DNA from: an uncultured Verrucomicrobiae bacterium
Lineage (GTDB): Bacteria > Verrucomicrobiota > Verrucomicrobiia > Limisphaerales > Palsa-1400
Direction: 5' to 3'
Length of the DNA: 64,000 bases
NCBI GenBank assembly: GCA_963702845.1
Contig: OY969763.1
Location: forward strand, 3,840,001-3,904,000
Each line of letters begins with the position of its first letter. Position 1 is the stretch's first letter. Of this stretch, positions 19,383-28,761 are shown piece after piece. The notes below the pieces were generated by a model. It saw nothing but the letters and a program-made list of their open reading frames with translations, was not told the DNA's origin and searched no databases. Both the position numbers and the translations under genes were made by a program.

Positions 19383-20514
19383 CTAAAGATCCTTAACTAC
19401 ACCGCGATAGCGCAAAAAATACTTGTCGCTTGGCCAGAGAAAAAACTCAGGATGCGTATTGCAGACTTCCGGGTCTTTGCGGGTCAAGTCCACTGGGCAG
19501 GCATATTGCAAATAGTCTTGAAAACTTTCCTCGGCAATTTTTATCGGGTCTTCAATCATTCTTTTTTTGAATCCGTAAGAAACGGATGTGGTTTGTTTAT
19601 CAACAACCATCACCCTGAATTCTATCGGGAGATCCGGGTTTTCGCTTCGCACCAGGGATTGGAAAATCGAGGCGACGCCAAAGTCATCAAAACTTGGAAA
19701 CATTGATCGCGTGCCGTCCGAAGGATGATTATGAAACAAGATCATCGGTTTGCCCGCCTTGATTATCTTGGAAAGTTTTTCGGGATCGTGCCCCACGCTG
19801 TTCATCGCGGAATTGGTGGAGATATCATGAATTTCGCCATTATAAACGAGCAAGTGTTCTTGGCCGTCTGCGATTTTCTTGAAACGTGACCGCTGCCAGT
19901 TTGTCGGCTTCGTCAATTTCGCTCGGCATGCGAAGGAGTTCGACTGACTTCACGGTTTTTAGAAATTGGTCGCACCTTGAATTCGACCAATGTCTGTATT
20001 CGGCATAGGCCCTGAGATATTCCTCATAACGAGATTCTCCCACGAGGTTAAGAACAACGCGTTCCTCGGCTAGCTCGATATTAGCGCCGTTGCGATGATA
20101 ACCCTCGAGGTCATCGTTCATGATATGTGCAACTTCATGAATGGCTGAATGCTCAAACAGGATCTCCGGCTCATTCGCTAAAAAATCGGCGGTAACACTG
20201 ATGATGAACGATTCATTTCTCATGTCCGCATCTCGAACAACATCAGTAAAAACTGGCCCCACGTCGCCGGAATAGGGTGCAAACATGAGACTGCCTATGG
20301 CTCGAAGGCGGATTTTATAGCTCGCCCCTAGCCTTCTCTGCGCTTCGGCGATCTTATGTTCGAAGGTGGCTACTTTCTCTTTGAGACCCAACTCGACAAT
20401 GCAGTCTTGAGAGAGTTCGAAAGCGAGTTTGCAAGGCTCAGATTGTCCAAACAATGATGCAGACGTATTCAACCATGCGACGCATATGCCCAGAACAAGG
20501 ATAATATTTTTTCA
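19383..20514 (-). CDS. Probable single protein: signal peptide, HEXXH metallopeptidase-like domain, JAB/MPN (RadC-like) domain; frameshifted
   Basis: ORF 19840-20472 has IHEVAH; overlapping ORF 19383-19916 has QEHLLVY...FHNHPS...PSFDD; in-frame upstream KNIILVLGICVAWLNTSA ends at a TGA beside an A6 run. Confidence 0.6.
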
Positions 20515-20655
20515 GCGAGCTCGCCCCTTTACTGGCAGCGGATTCAGAATTCATTACTTAGAACGGCGCAATAGTAATGAGGGCGCAGGCGATTCGAAAG
20601 AAAGATTTATCCCTTCGATTTACCGGCTGAACAAATCATCGATTATATTATTGCG

Positions 20656-20949
20656 ATGACTCCGATTCGTGAACTTCTCAGTCGAATCCGGTGGGATCCC
20701 GAATTCGGCCGGGCAAATTTTGAAATCGGCTACTTCGACCGGGTGCTGGGCGTGGTCATCCTTGTGGCTTTTCGAGAGGTTGAATTCACGCCCCACGAAC
20801 AAGCGTTCAAGTTAACCGATGCCGAGGGACAGACGCATCAGGTTCCGTTTCATCGCGTGCGCGAGGTGTATCAAAACGGACACTGCATCTGGCGACGGCC
20901 AGCGAAGGATGCTGACGCCCTGGACGTGAGCACCAAACATAACGCATAG
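20656..20949 (+). CDS. DUF504/MJ1316-domain protein
   Basis: IRELLSRIRWDP...IGYFDR...VPFHRVREV. Confidence 0.8.
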   Translation: MTPIRELLSRIRWDPEFGRANFEIGYFDRVLGVVILVAFREVEFTPHEQAFKLTDAEGQTHQVPFHRVREVYQNGHCIWRRPAKDADALDVSTKHNA

Positions 20950-21057
20950 AGCAACTGCCGAAATTAATTTCGGGAATGGCGGAAGGATTTCATTTTTTGG
21001 AAGGCGGAGGTCGAAGTCGATAGCACTCGTGGATCTGTGACGAGACGGATAACGAGT

Positions 21058-21092
21058 CGCGGGCCGCCCGTCCAGGGCGGCCCGCGTGTTTC
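21058..21092. terminator. GC-rich hairpin between convergent genes
   Basis: CGCGGGCCGCCC-gtcca-GGGCGGCCCGCG followed by TGTTT. Confidence 0.65.
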
Positions 21093-21180
21093 ACAATCGA
21101 AGGAATCGGGTTCATTTGGCTGAACCAAGGTGGCGGCTCTTGCGAGCCGCTCACCAGCTATTCATTTGCACCGCTCCAGC

Positions 21181-22917
21181 TTATTCGCTGGGATGTCCCG
21201 ACTCCTGCACCTTCTTCAAGATCCCGTCCAGGTTATAGGTCTCAGGAGCCTGGAGCGCCGGGAATTCTTTGTAGGACATGAGTTCCTTCTGCCACAGCAA
21301 CTGGCCGATCGGCAGAATGTTCCAGTCATACAAATACGCTGTAACGGGGCCAGCCAGAGAGCCGCCCAAGCCAAGCGCTGTCTTTTGATCCGGTCCGACC
21401 GCCTGCTCGAACGGGTCGCGCAGGATGTTCTGGACCAAGGTGAAGTGGTAGGGAATCAGTGGCTGGATCCAGCCCTGCGCCCCGCCCTGCGCCATGGTGT
21501 AATACATCTTCCAATTCTTGTAGCGCACTGCCGAGGGGGTTGCGCCCGAGTAGAAGAAGAAGGTGTCGCGCGCGGACTTCTCCGACTTGCCGCTGAGGTA
21601 ATCAATCTGGTTGAAGCCATCGAGCGTGGTCTTGACGATGCCTTTGTACGCACCCTTTTCGATCTGGGCCTTCAAGTCGTTGCCCTTGGCCCCGCCGCCA
21701 ATTTCCACCAACGTCGGCAACCAGTCGAGGGACGCGAACATTTCCTTGTAGATAGTGCCGGGCTTGATATGCCCAGGCCAGCGAACGACGCAGGGAGCAC
21801 GGAAGCCGCCTTCCCATGCCTCGCCTTTCTGCCCCTTGAACGGCGTAACGCCGCCGTCCGGGAAAGAAATTGCCTCAGCACCGTTGTCGGTGGTGAAGAC
21901 GATGAGGGTGTTGTCGAGTTCACCCATGTCCTCGAGTTTTTTGAGCACGAGGCCAATGTTGTCATCCATCTGTTTCATCCCGGCTTCGTTGACGCCCCAG
22001 TCTTTGCCGCCCTTGGTGCCGACCATGTCCATATACTTCTGCGACAGCACCGTCGTGACGTGCATGCGGGCCGGGTTGTACCAACAAAAGAACGGTTTGC
22101 CCGTCTGCTTCGGATTGTTGCGGTCGAGGAAGTCAATCACGTGGGAGGAGATTTCCTCGTCCACCGTTTTCGAACGCTCCAGAGTGAGCGGACCTTCATC
22201 CTTGCCCGTCTGATTCTTCGCCGTGCCGTCGGGGGACTTCATCCAAAGGACCGGGCGGGGCGGAGTCATGCAAGTGCCGGTTTTAGGATCAATCGCGCCC
22301 GGGGTTTGCGGAATACCGGGAATCGGCTCCTGCTGGCATGGCGGACAGATGGCCTGCTCGGTCGGGCTCTTGTTGATGTCCGGGAAACTCACCTGCTGCA
22401 TGGCGTCCAGATGATAGAGGTAGCCCCAGAACTCCTGAAAGCCGTGGGCCGTCGGCAGGGCATCAGGATGATCGCCCAGGTGGTTCTTGCCGAACTCACC
22501 GGTGGTGTAGCCCTGATCGAGCAGGAACTTGGCAACCGCCGGCGTGCCCGGTCGCAAATACGACGGACTGCCCGGCAATTGCGGCGGGACCATCCCTGTG
22601 CGCAGCGGATGCATGCCGGTGAAGAAGGCATTGCGTCCGGACGTGCAGCTCGCTTCGGCATAATAGTGCATGAACATGCCGCCTTCCTTCGCGATCCGAT
22701 CAATGTTCGGCGTTTCCCCAACCATCAAGCCCCGATGATAACAACTGGGCTGCATCCACCCGATATCATCGCCCATGATGAACAAGATGTTCGGCTTTTT
22801 ACCTGAAGCCGCGCCTCCGCCGGCTTCGTCCTGCCGCGCCATCGCGCCCGCGCTCCCAAAAATCGCCGCCGCTGTAGTCAGCAGCAACAACCCACGTTTA
22901 ATTACGTTGCTGTTCAT
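21181..22917 (-). CDS. Arylsulfatase (formylglycine-dependent)
   Basis: KPNILFIMGDDIG, CTSGR (CxxxR), FGKNHLG, FTTDNG; signal peptide. Confidence 0.92.
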   Translation of the reverse strand: MNSNVIKRGLLLLTTAAAIFGSAGAMARQDEAGGGAASGKKPNILFIMGDDIGWMQPSCYHRGLMVGETPNIDRIAKEGGMFMHYYAEASCTSGRNAFFTGMHPLRTGMVPPQLPGSPSYLRPGTPAVAKFLLDQGYTTGEFGKNHLGDHPDALPTAHGFQEFWGYLYHLDAMQQVSFPDINKSPTEQAICPPCQQEPIPGIPQTPGAIDPKTGTCMTPPRPVLWMKSPDGTAKNQTGKDEGPLTLERSKTVDEEISSHVIDFLDRNNPKQTGKPFFCWYNPARMHVTTVLSQKYMDMVGTKGGKDWGVNEAGMKQMDDNIGLVLKKLEDMGELDNTLIVFTTDNGAEAISFPDGGVTPFKGQKGEAWEGGFRAPCVVRWPGHIKPGTIYKEMFASLDWLPTLVEIGGGAKGNDLKAQIEKGAYKGIVKTTLDGFNQIDYLSGKSEKSARDTFFFYSGATPSAVRYKNWKMYYTMAQGGAQGWIQPLIPYHFTLVQNILRDPFEQAVGPDQKTALGLGGSLAGPVTAYLYDWNILPIGQLLWQKELMSYKEFPALQAPETYNLDGILKKVQESGHPSE

Positions 22918-23299
22918 TTTTCTCCCTTTCTGGATTTTGTCCTTTGTTTGTTGCCGACCACCCGGAAATCCCCGCCTCGGCTCCGCGGTTCACCGCACCA
23001 GCGAACAATTATGCTCTCGTTTCGCCGCGAGGTTGCACCACGACATCCTGTAATCGCGGCCTTTGTGCGTCGCAATGCGCCAAACCCTGTAACGCGCACT
23101 CAAACAAAGCTGCATGTCGACATCCGATGCGCTAGGCCATCGGCCACAGAAAACCATTAGTCAAAAAAACGAATGGCATCGCAACTTTCCGTCGTCATCC
23201 GGCCCACCTCAACTTCCATGCCAAGCCACCTCGCGTGGAAACTTTTTGTCCTTAAATCTGCCGTTTCTTTCCCTGGCTTCCCTCCTTTCCCTACATTTT

Positions 23300-23327
23300 T
23301 TGACAGATTAGCTACTTCCGGTACAAT
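23300..23327 (+). promoter_or_regulatory. sigma70 promoter TTGACA-N16-TACAAT
   Basis: Near-consensus hexamers read directly. Confidence 0.65.
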
Positions 23328-23427
23328 GCCGACGTGAAAGGAACAGATTGCGACGCCAACCGGGAGCCAGGGATGAATCTGACGCCAGCCGTGTGCCCAG
23401 GGATTATGGGCAAGCTTGGCGGAAGCG

Positions 23428-23525
23428 AATATCACCAGATACCAGTAAATATCACCAAATATCACCAAACTAAAATTCCCTGCTCAATCCGCGCTTATCC
23501 GCACCTATCCGCGGTGATCCGCAGC
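23428..23525. repeat. Two 10-bp-phased arrays (AATATCACCA x3 plus a variant; ATCCGC x4)
   Basis: AATATCACCA at 23428, 23448, 23458; ATCCGC at 23487, 23497, 23507, 23517. Confidence 0.8.
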
Positions 23526-23816
23526 AAAATTGAAATACCCACATCCACCCTGTCCATTAGCGCCCAACTCGCCGACCAGAGGTTGTCCACTTTCACCCAA
23601 TTATGCCCAGACAAGACCAATTACGCCCACTACAGCTCATTAACTGCCCAAAAAAACTTTTGCTCAAAAACACGATTTCTGCCCTTTCCCACACCGAAGC
23701 TCCTTTGCGCCAACTGCCCCCCGGTGCGTCAGTGTTTGTGCTTGCGAACTTATCCTACGAAGGTGGGTATGCGCTTGACGGGTTTTGCGGGTGGACTCAG
23801 AGTTTGCCTACCTTCT

Positions 23817-25124
23817 ATGGAAACAACAGGTCTGAATTCGCAAACTTTTCGTCAACACAACTACTCACGCGTCGTCCGGTTTATCACCGGGATGGTCGCG
23901 ACAGCCGGCGTAGTCCTGACAACGCACGTTGGTCGCGCGGGCACGTTTTTTAATTCGATTCATGACGAGAGCGGATATGCATTCTCGTCGAACGGCGAAC
24001 AGAAGTTTGCGTTCACGGAACGCACGGGAAAATTTTTAATGTGGCCATCGGCATACAGTTCGGATGAGGAATTGATGAAAAATTATGTGCGGCATGAAAG
24101 CCAGGAGTTTCGGTCCTTCGAGGAAGGCCTTTGTTGCACAGAGGTCGGCGGCAAATGGGGATTTGTGCACGATAATGGGAAGCTGGAGATCGCGCCGCAG
24201 TTTGAGGATGTGTGGCCGTTTCACGAGGGGTATGCGTGGGTGAAAAAGGACGGCAAGTGGGGATCGATCGGGCACAACGGCAAATTTGAGATCCAGCCGC
24301 GCTATGAGGAAGGCTCGGTATTCCGTTCGGGTTACGCGCGCATCAAAAGCGGTGGTAAATGGGGTTTTGTGAACAAAAGCGGCAAAGAGTTCGTGGCGCC
24401 GATTTATGATGATGTGTCGAATTTTCGCGATGGTTTTGCGGCGGTGAAGTTTCACGGCAGGTGGGGTTTTATACAATCAAGCAACGGCAAGTCAGTGATT
24501 GTCGCGGATTATGAAGATGCGTTGCCGTTCCGTGATCGGGTGGCAGCGGTAAAAAAGGAGGGTAAGTGGGGCTATGTCGATTCGTCCGGGAAGCTGACGA
24601 TTCAGCCGCAGTTTGAAGAGGCACTCGGATTTTGCGACGGTTTGGCGGCAGTGAAGAAGGATGGGAAATGGGGGTTTATCAACAAGTCAGGTGCATTCTC
24701 TGTACAGCCGCAATTTGAAGATGCGTGGTCGTTTCGCGATGGTTTTGCCGCCGTGAAAAGCCACGGCAAATGGGGCTACTTGACTGGCGAAGGAAAAATG
24801 TCGATTGAGCCGAAGTTTGATGAGGCATGGAATTTCCAAAACAATTACGCGGCGGTGAAGGTGAACGGCAAATGGGGTTATGTCGGGCGATATAGTAAAA
24901 CGAAGTTGGCGATTGCACCGCAGTTCGAGGAAGCTTGGCCCTTCAATCAAGGTTTTGCGCCAGTAAAAAAGGATGGCAAATGGGGTTATATCCGGACGGA
25001 TGGAAAATTCCGAATCCCGCCAGTTTATGACCACGCGTGGAGATTTGAAGGATTAGCGCCTGTGAAATTTCAGGGCAAATGGGGATTGCTGCGTGATAAT
25101 GGAGAAATGGTCTACGGGTGGTAG
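23817..25124 (+). CDS. WG-repeat (KWG) containing protein
   Basis: Nine to ten repeats of F.EG.A.VK..GKWG(F/Y)I...G...I.PQFE. Confidence 0.9.
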   Translation: METTGLNSQTFRQHNYSRVVRFITGMVATAGVVLTTHVGRAGTFFNSIHDESGYAFSSNGEQKFAFTERTGKFLMWPSAYSSDEELMKNYVRHESQEFRSFEEGLCCTEVGGKWGFVHDNGKLEIAPQFEDVWPFHEGYAWVKKDGKWGSIGHNGKFEIQPRYEEGSVFRSGYARIKSGGKWGFVNKSGKEFVAPIYDDVSNFRDGFAAVKFHGRWGFIQSSNGKSVIVADYEDALPFRDRVAAVKKEGKWGYVDSSGKLTIQPQFEEALGFCDGLAAVKKDGKWGFINKSGAFSVQPQFEDAWSFRDGFAAVKSHGKWGYLTGEGKMSIEPKFDEAWNFQNNYAAVKVNGKWGYVGRYSKTKLAIAPQFEEAWPFNQGFAPVKKDGKWGYIRTDGKFRIPPVYDHAWRFEGLAPVKFQGKWGLLRDNGEMVYGW

Positions 25125-25208
25125 CAGGAACAAAGGCTAAAGGATGAAAAGCCGAACATCCACCACGATCATCCAACGGAAATACGCTGCAAGGCGGCGC
25201 AATGCTAT

Positions 25209-26576
25209 CTAGTTTAGGGCGACGCCGCGGCGGATGTAGGTGGGCATGTCCAAATCTTCGCCGCCTCTGATCGTTGGCTCGCTTTTATCGAAGCGGCCTT
25301 TGCTCACAATCTCCAGCGGCAATTCTTTTTGTAGGCGTGAGATTTTTTTCCGGCTGCGCTTGCCTCCGGCGGCGAGGATTTGGTCGCGGGCTTCGGTCGT
25401 GAGTTCAGGGACGGGAGCAACGACGCGTGAGATTGGGCGTTCGGTTTTTGCTGGATCGAGAAATTGCGGGCGATCCAGGCCGAGTGGAGTTGCGCCGGTT
25501 TGGACGCGATCGCTGGTTAAGCCGGGTTCCGGTTTAAGGTCGAGTTTCGGGTTGCGGCTGGCGATAAGGGTGAGGCCGATTTTGTCGGTGTAGGTTTCGT
25601 TGATGCTTGCGCCGAATACCAAATTTGCTTTCTCACAATGACGGTTGATCTGGGTCATCAAACGTTGGACCTGGCCCATGGAAAGATCAGGGCCACCAAC
25701 GAGGCTGACGAGCACGGCGTCGGATTGGGCGAGGACTTCGCCGGCATCCAGGAGCGGGTGCGCGAGAAGTTTTTCGATGACCTGATCGACGCGGCTGTCG
25801 CCAATGCCTTCGACGATTGCAAAGGCACTTTCGGCGTGGCGCGCACGGGTAACGCTGCAAAGGTCGGCGAAATCGACGGGCTTGAGCGCGCTATCGGTGA
25901 GCAGTCGCCAGACACCGCGGACGGCATCGGCGAGCATTTCGTTGCTGGTGTTGAACAGCTCAACGAAGCTCGTATTTTCGTCGAGAATTTTGAAAAGTTT
26001 TTGATTCGGCAGGCAGATGACGGCGTCGGCTGCGGCTGTAAGCGATTGCAGACCGGCTTGAGCCTGTGCCTGACGGCGCATGCCTTCGAAATCGAACGGC
26101 GTGGTGACGATGGCGAGGACGAGTGCGCCGTTTTCTTTAGCGGCCTGGGCAAGGACAGAAGCTGCGCCGGTGCCAGTCCCGCCGCCAAGTCCGCACAGGA
26201 TGAAGACGAGGTCAGCGTCAGTGCAAAGCGACCTGAGATTTTGCAGATCGTCTTGAGCGACGGCACGGCCGAGATCGGGATCGCCACCCGTCCCCATACC
26301 GCGAGTACGACGAGTGCCTAAAGTGATTTTGTTTTGAACGGTCGATTTGTCGAGCGCCTGGGAATCCGTGTTCAGGGCGTAGAAGGTGCCGTTGAAATTG
26401 GAACGCGCGAGGTGGTCGGCAGCGTTGCAGCCGGCGCCGCCGATGCCGAAAATTTTGGCGGTCAAGACACGCGGGCCGGGTGCGGGTGCGGGAGCTGCGG
26501 GAGCCGGTGCGCTTGGCGTTTGATCGAACGACGTTGTCGATTCGGGTGCCGTGATTTCGGGAGATTGGTCGATCAT
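25209..26576 (-). CDS. ftsZ: Cell division protein FtsZ
   Basis: GIGGAGCNA, NTDSQAL, GGGTGTG signature, DFAD, C-terminal EDLDMPTYIR. Confidence 0.95.
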   Translation of the reverse strand: MIDQSPEITAPESTTSFDQTPSAPAPAAPAPAPGPRVLTAKIFGIGGAGCNAADHLARSNFNGTFYALNTDSQALDKSTVQNKITLGTRRTRGMGTGGDPDLGRAVAQDDLQNLRSLCTDADLVFILCGLGGGTGTGAASVLAQAAKENGALVLAIVTTPFDFEGMRRQAQAQAGLQSLTAAADAVICLPNQKLFKILDENTSFVELFNTSNEMLADAVRGVWRLLTDSALKPVDFADLCSVTRARHAESAFAIVEGIGDSRVDQVIEKLLAHPLLDAGEVLAQSDAVLVSLVGGPDLSMGQVQRLMTQINRHCEKANLVFGASINETYTDKIGLTLIASRNPKLDLKPEPGLTSDRVQTGATPLGLDRPQFLDPAKTERPISRVVAPVPELTTEARDQILAAGGKRSRKKISRLQKELPLEIVSKGRFDKSEPTIRGGEDLDMPTYIRRGVALN

Positions 26577-26591
26577 AGTGTGGTCTCCTCT

Positions 26592-27812
26592 TTATTTACG
26601 GAAAATTTCGTCCCAGGCGGTTTTTATGCCGTCGACGACGCCGCCGGGTTTGCGTTTGCGTTTTTGTTGGAACGAACCGAAACGGACCAAACCAATGGCC
26701 GTGGCGAATTCGGGCTGATCGAGAGCTGACTTGAGACCGCTGATTGAATTGCTGCTGCCGCGCGAAACCGGCATATCGAAAACGCTCTCAGCAAGGGTCT
26801 GAATGTGCGAAATGCGCGCACCGCCGCCAGCGAGAAAGACGCCGGCACGAACGTAATTTAGCAGGCCAAGTTCGGAAAGTTCTTGTTCGATGAGTTCAAA
26901 AATTTCTTCGAGGCGCAAGGACATGATGCGGCGCAGGTGCTCGACGTTGATCGTCTTGGAAGGCAGGCCGAGTTCGTTCGGCAGCGAAATTTTTTGGCCT
27001 CTGTCGGCGTCGCACAGAACCGCGGCGCCATGTTCGATTTTGAGTTGCTCAGCGCGACCGAGCGGAAGTTTGAGGCCGTAAGCGAGGTCATTGCTGACGT
27101 GGTCGCCGCCGACGGCGAGGACGCCGGTGTGCTTGATGACGCCATCGCAATAGACAACGTATTCGGTCGTGCCCGCGCCAATGTCGATGACGAGCGCGCC
27201 GAGTTCTTTTTGTTCGGTAGTCAGAAGCGCCAGTGACGAAGCGAGACCGGTGAAGACGATTTCGTCGACGTCGAGCTGGAGGCTTTTGACGGCGCGGATC
27301 GGATTTTTCAAACGATTAACATGGCCGTGGACGACGTGGACATCAACTTCGACGCGTGCGCCGAACATGCCAACTGGATTGGTGATGCCGGTTTGGCCGT
27401 CGATTTGGAACAATTGGCGGACGGCATGGATGACGCTATGGTCGGCGGGAAGGTTGATGGCCTTGGCATTCTTGATGACGTCCTGGACATCTTCTTCAGT
27501 GATTTCGCGATCGGCGCTGACGACGGGATGAACGCCGTGATTGTTAAAGCCGCGAATGTGATTGCCGGTGACGCCGAGGAAAACGCTACGGATTTCGACG
27601 TTGGCCATTTGCTCTGCTTCAACGATGGCGTTGCGAATGTCTTCTTCGGCTTTGACGGGGTCGCAGATTTCGCCTTTGCGCACGCCGTTGGAACGGGCCT
27701 GGCCAATACCGATGATGTTGAGCGCGCCGGCGGAATTGATTTCACCGACGACGGCGCAAATTTTCGAGGTGCCGATTTCCAGGCCAACTATGACGTTAGA
27801 TGGTTCAAACAT
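26592..27812 (-). CDS. ftsA: Cell division protein FtsA
   Basis: GLEIGTSKI, IDIGAGTT, GGDHVSNDLA, FATAIGL; ATG 27812 overlaps the ftsQ stop. Confidence 0.95.
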   Translation of the reverse strand: MFEPSNVIVGLEIGTSKICAVVGEINSAGALNIIGIGQARSNGVRKGEICDPVKAEEDIRNAIVEAEQMANVEIRSVFLGVTGNHIRGFNNHGVHPVVSADREITEEDVQDVIKNAKAINLPADHSVIHAVRQLFQIDGQTGITNPVGMFGARVEVDVHVVHGHVNRLKNPIRAVKSLQLDVDEIVFTGLASSLALLTTEQKELGALVIDIGAGTTEYVVYCDGVIKHTGVLAVGGDHVSNDLAYGLKLPLGRAEQLKIEHGAAVLCDADRGQKISLPNELGLPSKTINVEHLRRIMSLRLEEIFELIEQELSELGLLNYVRAGVFLAGGGARISHIQTLAESVFDMPVSRGSSNSISGLKSALDQPEFATAIGLVRFGSFQQKRKRKPGGVVDGIKTAWDEIFRK

Positions 27813-28761
27813 GTTTTTTCCTGGCTCGGGTGGACTTGATGGTTTTGGGCGCAAGCGGCTGCACAGAGTTTGCAGCCACGGCACGCACCGGCAAATTGTT
27901 GGCGATGGAGAGGTCGATCGAAGCGATGGCCTTGCCCCACTTTTGGTATTGGTCGCAAATGAGACGCCAGCGACGGAATTGGGTTTCGAAGCGGTCGACG
28001 GAAAAGGTGATTTCGGCGTTTTGACTGGTGGTGACCTGCAGGATTTCCGGGCTGGTGATGTTGACGCGTTGGAGTTCAACGAGGCCGACCATCGGTGAGC
28101 GTTCGAATTCGGCGAGCAGTTTCAGGCCGGCGCGCCCCTGGACGTTATCGATTTGGTGGCCGGGTTGGAGTTCGCTGGCGGTCAGGCCGACGATGATGGG
28201 CAGGCGCTCAGGGCCAGCGAGAGGGACGGCGCGCCAACGCGGGTCGATCGGTTGGACGACGTAGCCTTCGGAATCGAGATAGTAGGTGACCTCGAGGAAT
28301 GAGCCGTTAGCGCCGGGTTGCGTGACGACGGTTTGGGCGACAGGTTCGCGTTCGCTCACGCGGATTTTTAAGGTGCGTGGCAGGACGCGCTCGACGGCGA
28401 CGAATTGAATCGGCGGAAGAATTTCGAGGTCGCGCTTTACCTTTAGAATGTCGAGGGCAAGGAGGTTTTGGCCGGCACGAACTTTGGCCCAGTAACGGAT
28501 GACATTCGTCGAGAGGACGCCGTCGGTTTGGACTTCGACCTGTTGAATGGCAAAGGCTTCGTTTTTGTAAATGAGTTTGTCGAGCAGCCACGAACCGCCC
28601 CGCCAGACGACGAGCGCGGCGAGCGTGAGCGAAAAAGCGACAGCGATGCCGACGCCCAGCAAACGTATGCGGTGCGCGCGCGTTTGACTGGTACGCAGCT
28701 TAACGTCGAGCAGCTCCGCGCGCTCAACCATTCGCCGATTTCGTCGTTTTTTGCCGAACAT
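27805..28761 (-). CDS. ftsQ: Cell division protein FtsQ/DivIB
   Basis: Single TM, POTRA segment (VERVLPRTLKIRVSEREP), position between ddl and ftsA. Confidence 0.85.
   Translation of the reverse strand: MFGKKRRNRRMVERAELLDVKLRTSQTRAHRIRLLGVGIAVAFSLTLAALVVWRGGSWLLDKLIYKNEAFAIQQVEVQTDGVLSTNVIRYWAKVRAGQNLLALDILKVKRDLEILPPIQFVAVERVLPRTLKIRVSEREPVAQTVVTQPGANGSFLEVTYYLDSEGYVVQPIDPRWRAVPLAGPERLPIIVGLTASELQPGHQIDNVQGRAGLKLLAEFERSPMVGLVELQRVNITSPEILQVTTSQNAEITFSVDRFETQFRRWRLICDQYQKWGKAIASIDLSIANNLPVRAVAANSVQPLAPKTIKSTRARKKHV

Noticed and set aside
21130..22806. 558-aa plus-strand ORF and other long antisense ORFs
   Set aside because: Shadow frames of GC-rich genes (here the arylsulfatase) with no recognisable motifs.
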